A DNA stretch of 64,000 bases, taken from Pseudogymnoascus verrucosus. Taxonomy: Eukaryota. Under the pieces are notes generated by a model, which saw only the letters and a list, made by a program, of their open reading frames with translations, was not told the DNA's origin and did not search any database. The position numbers were made by a program, and so were the translations under genes. The stretch's first letter is position 1, and every line of letters starts with the position of its first letter. The stretch lies in NCBI GenBank assembly GCA_001662655.1, contig KV460242.1, one strand, 5' to 3'. Of the stretch, positions 48,632-60,296 are shown piece after piece.

Positions 48632-50438
48632 TCATGATGTAGCCGTCATTTCAGCCCAGACGATGGTAAGATACCGATCGCTAATATCATCAAACCAGGC
48701 GAGTTCTCTGAGTTGATTCCTGAGTTGATCCTTGTCTTGAATTCCCAGAGTTTCCAAGATTAGCGCCAGAAGGTTGATGAAATAATCGCTGCTCTCTCCT
48801 GGAGGGCTTGCTGCGGCCCCTAAAAATATCATCCATACAACAAATCCCAAGACCTGTCCCTCGATAACCTGGGTAGTAAATGCGCACTTCACAAATAATC
48901 GAAGTCTTTCCGTTAGAGGGAGGTGAATTCTTGCCATTCTTGGGATCTCCCGTATTATCAAGTGCAGATATAGGATCGCGGCGACCGAAAATGCTTTGTA
49001 CAAACTTGAAGCCTCACACGAGTTACATTTCGCGAGGTCCATAAGCAGACGGTGATTGACAAGATATATGACATGGCTAATGGTCTTCCTCTCCTCCAGT
49101 GATAGTTCACTCGCCTTCGCCTTAGCTGCTGAGATTTGTTGTAAAGTTTCCCATACATCAAAGTTGATATGTTCATTGAGACTAAACATGCTCGGACCTT
49201 CTTTATATTGTGCGATAGGCAAGTACTTGATTGCGATATCTTCGAGGATAACCGCCAGAGGACCAGGGTGAAGTTGATTTGGAGCAATACAGGGTTTGCT
49301 ACCCCACATTGTGGCGTATAGTAGATCGATCCTGGCACTGCGTGTTAGCAATAATGTAACGCAATTTGTCCAAATTATTAACTCGTACCAAGTTAACACT
49401 CGCAAAAGAACTTGGTTGTGCATTAAATTATTCACACCACCTCGAATCCTAAGCATCTCCATGAGTCCTTTCATATGAGGTTTTGATGCGTCTGATGTTC
49501 CATGCAAGGTCTGAGAATCAAATTAGTTCCCATGTGGCTAATTAGAATCAGTCATGATTGTTAGGTGCAAGAGACTCACCTCGAGTTTTATTAGCACAGC
49601 TACTACGGCGAGATTCTCGTCGCTTGGCGGTTGACCAGATAGTAGACGACTATTGATAGCATGAATAGCTTGTCCTTTGTGAGTCAAGGAATCCGCAGAT
49701 GGTTCACGGTGGATGAGAAGATCACGATGAAGCGCAACGACGCCAAGGGTAGCATGGAGCAGTGCTGGGTCTTTGAAACTGAAAGAGATCCAGTTTCCCT
49801 CGGGGTTGAGAGCAAAGGAGTTGATTGTATATGAGGTGTTGTCTGTACAGGAGGTAAGTAACTATCATTCATCCTCGGAGAGCAGGAAGTAAAGGAAAAT
49901 TAAGATACTCACAGTGGTATAAAAGTAGCCGCGTCTCCCGTGTGGTTGGTATTGAAAGACTTCCATATCCGTGTAATATGGTGTCGATTGGCAGTAAGAA
50001 GTGAGCACGACTGGAATAGATGGTCATTACATAGCATCATACCTGAAATTTAACTTCCGTTTCTTTTGATATCCTTGCACCAGATTCATCCGGTGCAGAA
50101 GAAGGGTTATTATTCTTGGGACTCTTTCGAGACCAAGTAGAAAGTTTGAATTTTGTCTGGGAACTTTTAGCTGTAACTGGGGCAGCTCTTGACGAGGCTG
50201 TTTCCGTCTTCTTGGGGCTGAACGTCGACTCTTCTCGCTTTGCGCGCAGGAATGATCTCATCGCCTGGGTTCGAACAACATGGGAGTATGTGGCCTTGGC
50301 CGACTCTGGCCGATCAGTGACGGTAATAAATATCAGTTGCTTAGGCTGGGCCACAGCTTCTGATTGGTTTAAGCTATCTGCTACGCCTGGTTCCCTGCTG
50401 CCTTCCGGCCTTCCCTGGTAAGCATAAAGCCAATACAT
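48632..50438 (-). CDS. Second Fungal_trans_2-type transcription factor-like protein without Zn2Cys6 cluster, multi-exon; start uncertain (50438 or 50566)
   Basis: QLIFITVT...SHVVRTQAMRSF; DPALLHATL; HKGQAIHAINSRL; HMKGLMEMLRIRGG; VLTW/IDL; WMIFLGA; LRELAW. Confidence 0.8.
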
Positions 50439-50811
50439 ATATTACCACCTTGGTTACATCCGCAAATGTTTCCTTACCTAGTTGGTTGAACGCCATAAAG
50501 AGATGTTGAAGGTCCTGTGACGACCCCAGGCGCCACCTGATGATCCTTGCCAGATTGCGAGGACATGCTTCACCCGGTACTTAGTCAACCATTAAGGAAT
50601 TATTATCGTAGAGAATATTGTAATTGAAGTTAATAGAAGCTTTAAACACGCATTTAAAGAAGCAAGTTGTTGACTTACAAGCAGGAAATGATGCTGAATA
50701 ATTATCTACGTCGTCTTGCTAGTGTATGTATACTATGTCGCATAATACGTCACTCTGACTAAGCTTAATTTCGATTAGTCACTACTCCCTACCTCTGTGC
50801 GTATACATATA

Positions 50812-51150
50812 CAGTAGAACCTCTTTAAGACGATGTAATCCGTCCTGTGGTTTAGTATCGTCTTAAAGAGGATATCGTGATATTGGATATACATAAACTA
50901 CTTATTAAGGTTAGTCTGAACTGAGCTATTAATCTCTACCAATTATAACTCGCTAATTTTGAGGAACTAGGCTATATATAGTAATTATTTGGTACGAATT
51001 ACCAAAATATCCTACGATAGAGCGATATTTCTACGTTTTGGACCAATATCGTGGATATCGTACGTTATATGGGAATTTAATTGGTTCCGAAAAAAATCGT
51101 AATATCGAAGATATCGGTTAAAGGGGTATCGTCTTAAGGAGGCTTTACTG
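50812..51150. mobile_element. Tc1/mariner (pogo/Tigger-like) MITE, 339 bp
   Basis: TIRs CAGTAGAACCTCTTTAAGACGAT and (reverse complement) CAGTAAAGCCTCCTTAAGACGAT, 23 bp with 3 mismatches. TA on both flanks. No ORF. Confidence 0.88.
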
Positions 51151-53453
51151 TATAGTCGTAATCACGTGGTTTTAAATGTTTTTCGCCACATAACCACTCT
51201 ATTCTCTCATTGATTTTGGGATAACAACCACTACAGCTGGTCATCACTACGCCTTATTTCCTGAAAGTCCGAAGGCTAGCACTCTCGTGATTTTATGATC
51301 GCCTTACATTTTTAAACTGTACTAGTACTATTAAAGCTAGCTCCACTATATCCCTCCATTAGCTTACTACCCCTGCTCACACGTTACAATTTTGGCTGTC
51401 GTCGGCTCTGATCATAGCTCACCAACCTATGCGGCTGGCCGAGGATAATCGTCGGATCGGAAGCTCGCTTCGCTCACAGTCGGTTGAAGCAAGTTCGCCA
51501 GCAGGAGCTACTCCGACATCATTTGCTCCTTTATCGTAGCCATTAAACCCCGTGAAGCTTGTAGACTGTCCGTAGACCTTGAATAGACCTTTGTACATAA
51601 TTCCAATGTTGTATGAGCCGTTGCGAGCGATAAACACCCCACACGAAGTAGATTATACGAGGTAGATTATGCGAGGTAAATTATAAGAGATGATCGAATG
51701 GCGGACAAAAATTCGAAATTCATACTAGCAGGCTCGTTTCGTACAAAATATAACTCTAAAAGGAGCTTCGGGTTAGTCTCCAGATAGCGATTTATCAGCC
51801 AATTTATGCTACAGCGATGATTGATGAGTGGCGTAGGTTAACGACTTTTAGAGTTCTGTTGACCGAGGTAGGTCTTCTTGTGCATGAATCGTATTTGGAT
51901 TGATTGATTGAAGAGCATTATAAGAATGCCCTTATTCTGAAGCTACAGGGGTTACGGCGTAGCATCGCCTAATAAGGAAACAGCGCCTTGGCTAAATACA
52001 GGGGTTGAGTCTAACAAATTCCCTAATTTAGAAAATGGTGTGATGTGCCCCTTATCTCATTAGTACTGTATGAAGCGCACGACCTACTTACTGAGTTAGG
52101 CTTAATCTTTCTTCATTTTTCGGGGTTAAGGTGTATGATGCTTTCGGGCGTTAAAGCACGCCTTCATCAAATCATACGAGCCATAATTTGCTACTTGCTA
52201 GGTAGATGGCCACCAGGAAACTAGCACAGAATTGGAAATCAAGAAAACACTAGAGCGGAAAGCGGAAAGTAGACCCAGTTTCAACGCCGCAGCACATAAT
52301 TGATCACGACGACGGCTGCACGGCACCGGCTCTCTGTTTGGACCGCATTGGCGTATTGCATTTTGTGAGACCAGAGGACAAGCTGCCACTCGTCCCCGTT
52401 GACAGTTCTGTCCTCAAGCGGTTAGGATTAGAATCAAGTGAGGATGGAGATCGTGACGGCTAAATAATGGATCAAAGCTCGGGTTGCTGGAAATGTGAGT
52501 GGAAAGAGCGGTGCAAGCGATGCAGGAGAACAAGAGGTTATTAAAGGGAAGACGATGAAGTATTATGACTAGGAGTTCAAATGACAATTTTTTTGTTGTG
52601 CTGAGATGATCGTTCGACTGTAGTAAAAGATCAAATTCTTCACCTACCCTTTTACCGTGATTCTACTTTAGACTTCTATAAGAGGCTTCACATACTAGCT
52701 TCACCACCCAAGTGGTCGGAGCGAACACGGACGATTATCGATTAACGCATGACGTGCTTGAAAAGACCTCCCATCTCCCCACTCGCTTACCCCGCTCCTT
52801 AATCACCAGAGGAACACATCATCGTCATTTGAAACCAGGAAAAAGAGCCACTATCATCCCCGTAACATTTATTAACAAAGGAACGCGTCGAATATGTCAA
52901 ACACTATGAGAGAGACAACGTTCGATCGCGTTAGGAGAACCATCGGAGACTGGTGGCGGCAGACCATGCTTACAAAGCCTTTAAGCTCTCGAAATGCACA
53001 ATGCTTGTAAAACGAATATCTCATCGGGCTAGTTACTGAATTGCCCTTCTGAGTATCACCGCGACTACTCTTCCGATTGTGGATCTTGCGGCTGCCCGCG
53101 TGTAACGGACGGTCTAATATTGCTAACGCTAGAGGATATAACACGGGAGGCATTGAGGCATGCTCCATTAGTGAGGTCTTTCGGCATTTACGTCTAAAAG
53201 TTGACTGTTACTTAAGGTGGCAGGTACTAAGTTATATGCAAAATAATTATTTCGATAATCTGTAAAAATCTAGCGAATTATGGCATCCATGGGTTTCCAA
53301 AGCGTTCGGTTCATCACATACCTTGTCATCACATACCTTGACATCTCAGGTACAAATCGCACCACTCTCCTATATATGTTCCCTAGTGCAGATGCGCCAG
53401 ACCATCGATCCTAGTTAAAGACACGCCCCGATAGGTCAACATTTCTACAGGCA

Positions 53454-54780
53454 ATGTCGAGGCAAATCTAGCTCTCCGAGCCATCGACAGTTAGACGTTC
53501 TCACTAAAAATGCGCGTTAATGCGGCTGCTCTAGAATCAAACAGACTTGTTCGTGCTGAATGGCAGGACAAACTTGCATCATACGACCATGATAATGGTT
53601 TAGGTTCGGAATTAGAAGGTTTCGTCTTAGAGTTCCACAGTACAAAGCCCTGTCGAGTTATGGAAACATTTAAAGGCGCCTTAAATTATTGCTTTAGGCT
53701 GCACTTCGACATGAGCGACCATAATGACTAGCTACTTCACTTCCCTATACCCGGCGATATTACGTACCTAACGGAGAAGGTCAATTAGGAAGTTGTCGTT
53801 ATGAAATTTATTAAAGAGATAACTAAAATTCTAATCCTAAAAGTTATGGCGTCTAGAAGAACTAAGGGACAATTCGCTAGATTAGGACCTTTTACTATTA
53901 TAGAATTCATCTAAGGGAAACGTTTAGATGAGGTTCTTTATTAGGACAGTAAGATTAAACCTAAAATAGACCAGTCTACTTTAGATTTCATTTATAAGCA
54001 GATGGCGAAAATCTACTCAGAGCTGTCTAAACATAATTTTAATCAGATAGGTGGATTATTAATGTTGTTAAACAGTTGATCTTAGCATGATAAATCCAGC
54101 CTGTTAACGTTAAATACGAATGAAGGTTAGAGACTAACAGGGCTCTATGTTTATAGTTAGAATACCTCTTACTACTACTACTTAGCTCTATGTTTAATTT
54201 CTCTATAGATATTAGGGAGGCTTCTATAATAACTACAGTATACCTTAACAAACTTGTTAACTAGCATACACTCCTTCTATATAAGAATCCTAAGTCTATA
54301 TTAGACGACGTTAAGTGCTAAGAAGAATACTACTGTCTTTAAACTATTAAAATGCTTATAAGGTAGCTTATAAGCTCTATAGACTATAATAGTCCTTTTA
54401 AGTTATTTCTTAACGATCTACGATCTAGAAACATACTTATAGATTCTAAAACATTTGAGATAAAGGCGCTACTAGATTAGGAATTCTATTACGTAGCACT
54501 ACGTCAATTTTATTAATGCTCCTCCTCCGTAGCTCATACTAAATCCTAATCCCTAGGACTAGACAGCTAAGGAGATAGAAGTGTATAAGGTCCATTTTAT
54601 GAAATTCATAAAGGTGTTGTAGGATAAAGAAACGGTATTAGGAAAAGACTATAGTTTTTCTGCCTAGATGTAAATTTTACTTAAAAATGGTACTTTTCGG
54701 TATATCTAGGCTTTGCGAGAGCTATGCTGCTTAGAACTTCTGGAAAGGTGGTCCGCTGAGGTTAGGAAACCACTAGAGAT
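53454..54780 (+). pseudogene. RIP-like degraded aminoglycoside-phosphotransferase-like kinase
   Basis: GALNYCFRLHF...FPIPG...EVVVMKFI; FKLFLNDLRSRNILID...ALLD*EF. Many TAG/TAA stops and TA enrichment. Confidence 0.75.
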
Positions 54781-55099
54781 GATTTCGTGGCAAGACGATT
54801 CGAAACTCCCACTCTCGAATAATAGTGGACATGTTTTGTAGCGTGGGGTTATTTGTTAGGGTATACAGAGATATTTAGGTCATGAGGGATGCTATAGCTA
54901 ATGAAAATTATGAAGGCAGAATATGAAGATTTAACTTTCAAGGAGCGAAGAGTCATATCACATTTTATCTAAGCGAGGTGCACGTATCGTGTAGTCTTGC
55001 CTTGACAATGCTGCAGTTTCGATTTTCGGAGATTTGTGCCTAAGGCTAAAATGAAGGGCGTGGATCTCATTCGATGTGAATCTCAATATTGAGGGGGAT

Positions 55100-55720
55100 C
55101 ATCAGTATCATTAGGATCATTGTTTTGAGGCCACTAATCGTTGACTCAAAAACATATTGTTTATTGCGCATGGCTAGAGGCGTAGGACTTCTATAAATAC
55201 TACTACGACAAGTGCATTCCTGCGAGGTAAATATCCACTACCGTCTACCATCTCTCCTGTGGAGGTAGGTCCTCTCGCGCTGCTAGAACTAGGTGTCGCC
55301 TATAAAGGCAGCCGAGTTGCGATCCTGCTGGAAACCCGAGCTTAGGATGGGGGTGGGTATTAGTGAGCAGCCTCTCTCTCATCTAAGACCTGTGAAGCGT
55401 GAAGGATATCGTCAAGCTAGGACTGATTATAGCAAACTAGCAATACTGTAACAAACCTCAAAGAAATTAGGAGCCTCGGGATGTGAAAGCGCTAGGAATA
55501 ATCATAATGGAATTAATGCAGGAGTACACCTAGGACAATGGAGCAGCCGGCGTAGAAAACTTAAATCGTTAGCCTTCTAACTTTGCAGCTATTCCAGCTA
55601 TGTCACCTAGAACAAGCTAACAATTCAAGTTAATTATATCAGAATCTGCTTCTTCAACTAGACTCTTTATCGTTGTGGCGATTACAAATGGAAAACTTTC
55701 TAGCAACATTATGCTAAGGA
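55100..55720 (+). pseudogene. Possible degraded protein-kinase-like fragment
   Basis: PRDVKALGIIIMELMQ resembles kinase subdomain IX. The rest is highly decayed. Confidence 0.3.
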
Positions 55721-56066
55721 ATATCGAACTAGCGAGACATGTAGCATGAAACTCATTATGAACTGCCTCGAGGACATGCGTGATCGGGCGAAGAAATATG
55801 CAACGGTTGGCTAACTGAGCGGGCACTTTCTCAGGCACATCACGAAGCTGCAGATGGGAAAGCAAATTGATCTTCTAATTTGTAACGTGAGAGGGGTGCA
55901 TTCAATGCATCTACAATATCATGCAGAGATGTGCCGCGACACTATTATGCTGATTGAAAAAGCCGCTAAAATGATCTGAAGTGTCGTCGGAATACGTAGA
56001 GAAAAAGAGCGATGCAGAGTCACCCGAACCCTGACCCCAACAAAATCTAGGGACCCAAAATACCCC

Positions 56067-57177
56067 TCACAGATCGAAGTACTCTAGTGCCGTCTGCAAG
56101 TCCTCCACTAAGGGCTTCTGCGTTGGCTTATAACCCAATGTCTTCTCTGCCCGCTCCGACAAGAAGAGTTGATCTCTAGACATGAGCATCGCTAGCTCCC
56201 CTCCATCATCAACATCTTCCCGCTTGATCGACTTGGGAATTGGAGAAGGGATCAGGCCCCTAGCGTGGAAGACCTCTGCAAACTTTGCGCTCAGTTCAAT
56301 CCACCTGTTCAGGTTTGCCCCAATGATGTAGCAGCGCTCGTAGACGCTACCTTGAGGCGTTTCTTCTTGCAGTGACAGGTCAATCATTCGGAGTAGCGGG
56401 GGGATAATGTCAAGGACATGCATCTAGGCTGGTTAGATTATGCGTGGAAGATTAAGAGACCCGCATGGGTTGGAATACTTACGGTGTTGAAACGGACAGT
56501 TCCATCACCAATATAGGGGACATAGCCAAGCTCCTTAGCCTGCCGAATCATGAGGCTCTGAATTACGCCAGGGCTCTTCACCGGTCCAGTGGACCGGCCA
56601 TACAGAGCTGTGGGAAAGAGGATATACGTTCCAATCTTGCCCTCTTTTCCGGCGTTGAGGATACTGCATCACATTAGTGTTTATCTAGTATCGGAATCAG
56701 CCTTGAAAGGCTCACACTTCGTCGGGAGCACCGTTAAGCATTCCTGAATTGATCAGTTCCATGTCCTTGACGTTGGAGTCCTGTTCATGTCAGATACTTC
56801 ATCCATAAAAACTAGAGATGTTCACTGACATTCCACACTTTGCAGTTTGGATTCGCGATGCCAGTGTTTGACTCAGTGTCGACGAAATTTCCAGCTCCGC
56901 TCATATGTATCAGTGTTGACTTGACACCCGCAGGTCTCTGATTAAGGCCGGCCAAAATGGCACGAGTAAGAACCGGATCAAAGGAAGACCCTACATTGAT
57001 AACAATATCATGATCCTTTGCCAAGGCTGCTAATTTCTCGGTTTCCTCAAACGTCCCGTAGACGATCTTCTGAACACCGGCTGTCTCATACAAGTACTTC
57101 TCAATGCTTTTGTTACGCAGATAAGCCGTAACAGGGAAAGTGGGATATTCTTTCTTGAGGGCGATGACTAGGTGCGC
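56067..57177 (-). pseudogene. NAD(P)-binding epimerase/dehydratase-like gene, multi-intron; first exon (TGxxGxxG) not found
   Basis: VTAYLR; HDIVIN; LIHMSGAGNF; TYILFPTALYG; PYIGDGTVRFN; HVLD; SERAEKTLGYKP. Downstream exons look intact. Confidence 0.6.
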
Positions 57178-58626
57178 TGCAACACAATGTCAGTCAATCT
57201 CAACTGCAGTGTTAAGAAAGCGCTTAGTAATCTCTATGAGTTCGACATAGCAGAAGCAATATCAACGGAATGACGGACACCGAGGCTTTTGGTGAATCCG
57301 ATAGCAGTCGAATAGATCGATAAACCAAGAGACTCAGAGACCTGTATGTGTGGTTCTCTGATCTTAGAATAAAGTGTGGGAGAGCTCTCACGACGACGTG
57401 CGGGCTCGGGAGATAAATTCACGTTACTTACAGCCCACGCAACCGGTAGCACCCAAAAGCAGGATTGAAGGCATCGTAGAAGGCGACTCAGTGTTATAGG
57501 ACTTAACGCGGTGGTGACGGGTTTTGGAAGTTCAAGATCCTTTGTACTAGAGGAATGTAGTTGTGCTGAACATTAATCTCTGCTTACTATCTCGTGCCTT
57601 TTATAATGGACAATATGGAGTAGTAATCCAACACTTGGCGTTGATTACCAAATGACCTAATTTTTCTATCATCTCCGACGTGCCGATGACATGGGCAATT
57701 CTCTCTTATTTCCACTTTAGGGAAGTCTTAACTTTAGTCTTCTTCTTGATCTTGTTATCGGTCTCCTAGAACCCTGCATGGCTACTAGCTCAGCAATTTA
57801 CCTAATCTGGTGATTCTTCCTCTGTTGCACGTCATGGTCCCTGCATATTATTCTACACCTGTCTACATACCTTCAATCTTAATATGGTTATGATGATGAT
57901 TCTATTTAACGTCTGTGTTGCTCTAAGTGCCTCTAATTCCAAAGACAGGACGCCAGGAGTAAACGCCCTCGAGGTAGAGGTCGCATTTGGGTTATCATTA
58001 ACAAGTGCATACAATGATCCATATTCTAACCTGGCGAACTGGTAGTACCACTAGAATTTCTAAAGTGGATATTGCGTAGAGAGCTAGAGTCGCGTAGTGC
58101 ATCAACACAAGAGTGGCTTGTGGTACTATAGATGTCGGTTAACCATCTCATTATATTTCTACTTTAAGAAAATGGTGTCAATTTTAAAATCCCTCGCTTA
58201 GTCTCATGTACAGTCAAACCTAGATACACCGAACACAAATAATTTGCATGGGGGAGAGGAAAAAAATCCGTTATAAGGAGGAATTCCTGTACATTAATCC
58301 CTGCTCCTATACAAATTATCCCAGCTCGGTTTTGCTGAGTTCTCCCGCACAAGGAGGGAAATCTAAGAAGTGGGGTATGTCGCTAGCCGAGCTAAATCGC
58401 ATTGCCTGAACCACTTCAGGTTGGATTACGGAGTTCACACCCAAAACTTGCCCCGCAGTACAACTGATCAAGATGATGCCTAGTAGATGCTTACATATGT
58501 TTGAAACTATTACCGACGGATGCGTGTAAGTTCATATTTCATATTAAACTTCTCACGATCCTAAGCTCTTCAACTTCATTCTAGACGTCCATAAACCCTT
58601 TCATATACTTAGGAACTAGGTCCATA

Positions 58627-59956
58627 GGGTTGCTCTACGCCATGGCCAATCCCAAGTCAAATGTTACCTAAGTCATGAGACAAGGTTTAAGTATGTACAA
58701 CTTCGTAGAATTTCCAGGGCTTAGCTAGTCAAAGTCTCCCAGCATATGCCGGTCTAACCGCCATTAAGTCTAGCTACTTTTTCACAGAAGACTAAGTCTA
58801 TGTAGGCCTATACGCTACAAAATATTGCCTAATTAGGAAAATGCGGCCCACTCCGCACCTGTTAGGGGCTCTTTCCTGCTAAGTCCAGGTCTGGGCATCT
58901 TCGATTCATAGTGGATAGTAAACAACACAACCAACTTTAGGTGCACTTAAGTCTAGTCCGCGGCGACTTGAGTGGCGGATGCTACTACGGCCCTATAACC
59001 CCACGTTTATAAGCACTATTAATGCCGCACCAGTCCGCAGTGTGATATCGATCAATAGGTCCGCTTTCAGGCCCCTAGTTAAATTGGTCAAAGGTCTTTT
59101 CTAGGAGGAAATTATACGATAAGTCATACGCTCAGAATTTGGACTTGGATTGAAACTCACACCTTTGGAGGAACCCATTGCGCAGATAAAGCTTATAGTA
59201 TCATGCGCAGTAGAGAGATGGTGTAAGCGATATAGAAATGGTCAGTTTCATAGATGAATGATGAAAGATAACGCGACGACGTCTACCAGATGGAAATTGA
59301 CTCCGCACTACTAAAAACCCCTTCTTGGAGCCTGTAGGGCCAAAAGTCACGGCTTACGTGACGTCGTAACCTGTTTATTAGTTCTCTGAATCGAATTGCT
59401 CCGTCGCCGAGCACTCACTGCTCGTTCAGACATAGAGGCACCCATATCACCACGTATACTATTTGTTTAATAATCAATTATAATCTAAAACAGCAAAATC
59501 GCTTTGCAAACTTCCTAAATAGACTTAGCGATTCCACTTATCCCCTCGTCCGTCTCGGAGATAAATGGCTTATGCAGCAAATTGTTGATCCTTTGGTTCA
59601 GTTATATTTTTCGGGACGGCAGAGCCACTCTGTAGAATTGGCGTCGGAATAAATCACCCCGCCCGCTAGCTGAACGCTAGTCGAGCCACATCCAACGGTG
59701 AGCCCCTGTTCGGTGCGGAGTAGGCCGCATTTTCCTAATTAGGCAATCTTTCGTGTATTAGACATGGCGTACCGGCCGAAATAGACTCAGGCTTCTGTGA
59801 AACAGCAGCTAGACTTTATGGCGCTCAGACCGGCATATTCCGGGAGACTTTGACTAGCTAAGCCCTGGAAATTCTGCGATGCTGTACATGCTCAAACCTT
59901 GTGTCATGACTTAGGAAACATTTGACTTGAGATGGCCAATTGGCGTAGAGTTGCCC
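58627..59956. repeat. ~245-bp inverted repeat pair (58627..58871 and 59700..59956)
   Basis: Long colinear reverse-complement match, e.g. GAATTTCCAGGGCTTAGCTAGTCAAAGTCTCCC vs GGGAGACTTTGACTAGCTAAGCCCTGGAAATTC. Each arm carries a CCTAATTAGG box. Confidence 0.92.
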
Positions 59957-60296
59957 AAATTTTGTGATCTACTAGATGACAGTGTTTACCAATAAAATTT
60001 GCCTAATTAGGTTTCTTCCGCCCCACATTTATAGGCATCTCGTGACGGACGAGGGGATAGTTCTTCTGGCAGTCGGAATTATGAGGTCGTTGCCTCCTCC
60101 GTACGCCGCAATGAAGAGGGAAATAGGGAGATGGAGATACGGGCTAATAATTCGTCCGGATCTAACGGTCTCCGCTCGGGAAAGATATAAGATTGTCCCA
60201 CACCTACCGCCCTTCGTATTTACTGATATTTCCCTTCATTGTCTTTGCAGTATAGCTTGCCTTCCACAATTTCAATTTCTTGGACCTTTACCAAAA

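Noticed and set aside
51646..53340. Tiny direct duplications (GTAGATTATRCGAG x2-3 at about 51648; CATCACATACCTTG x2 at about 53312)
   Set aside because: Simple slippage-type duplications with no further structure.
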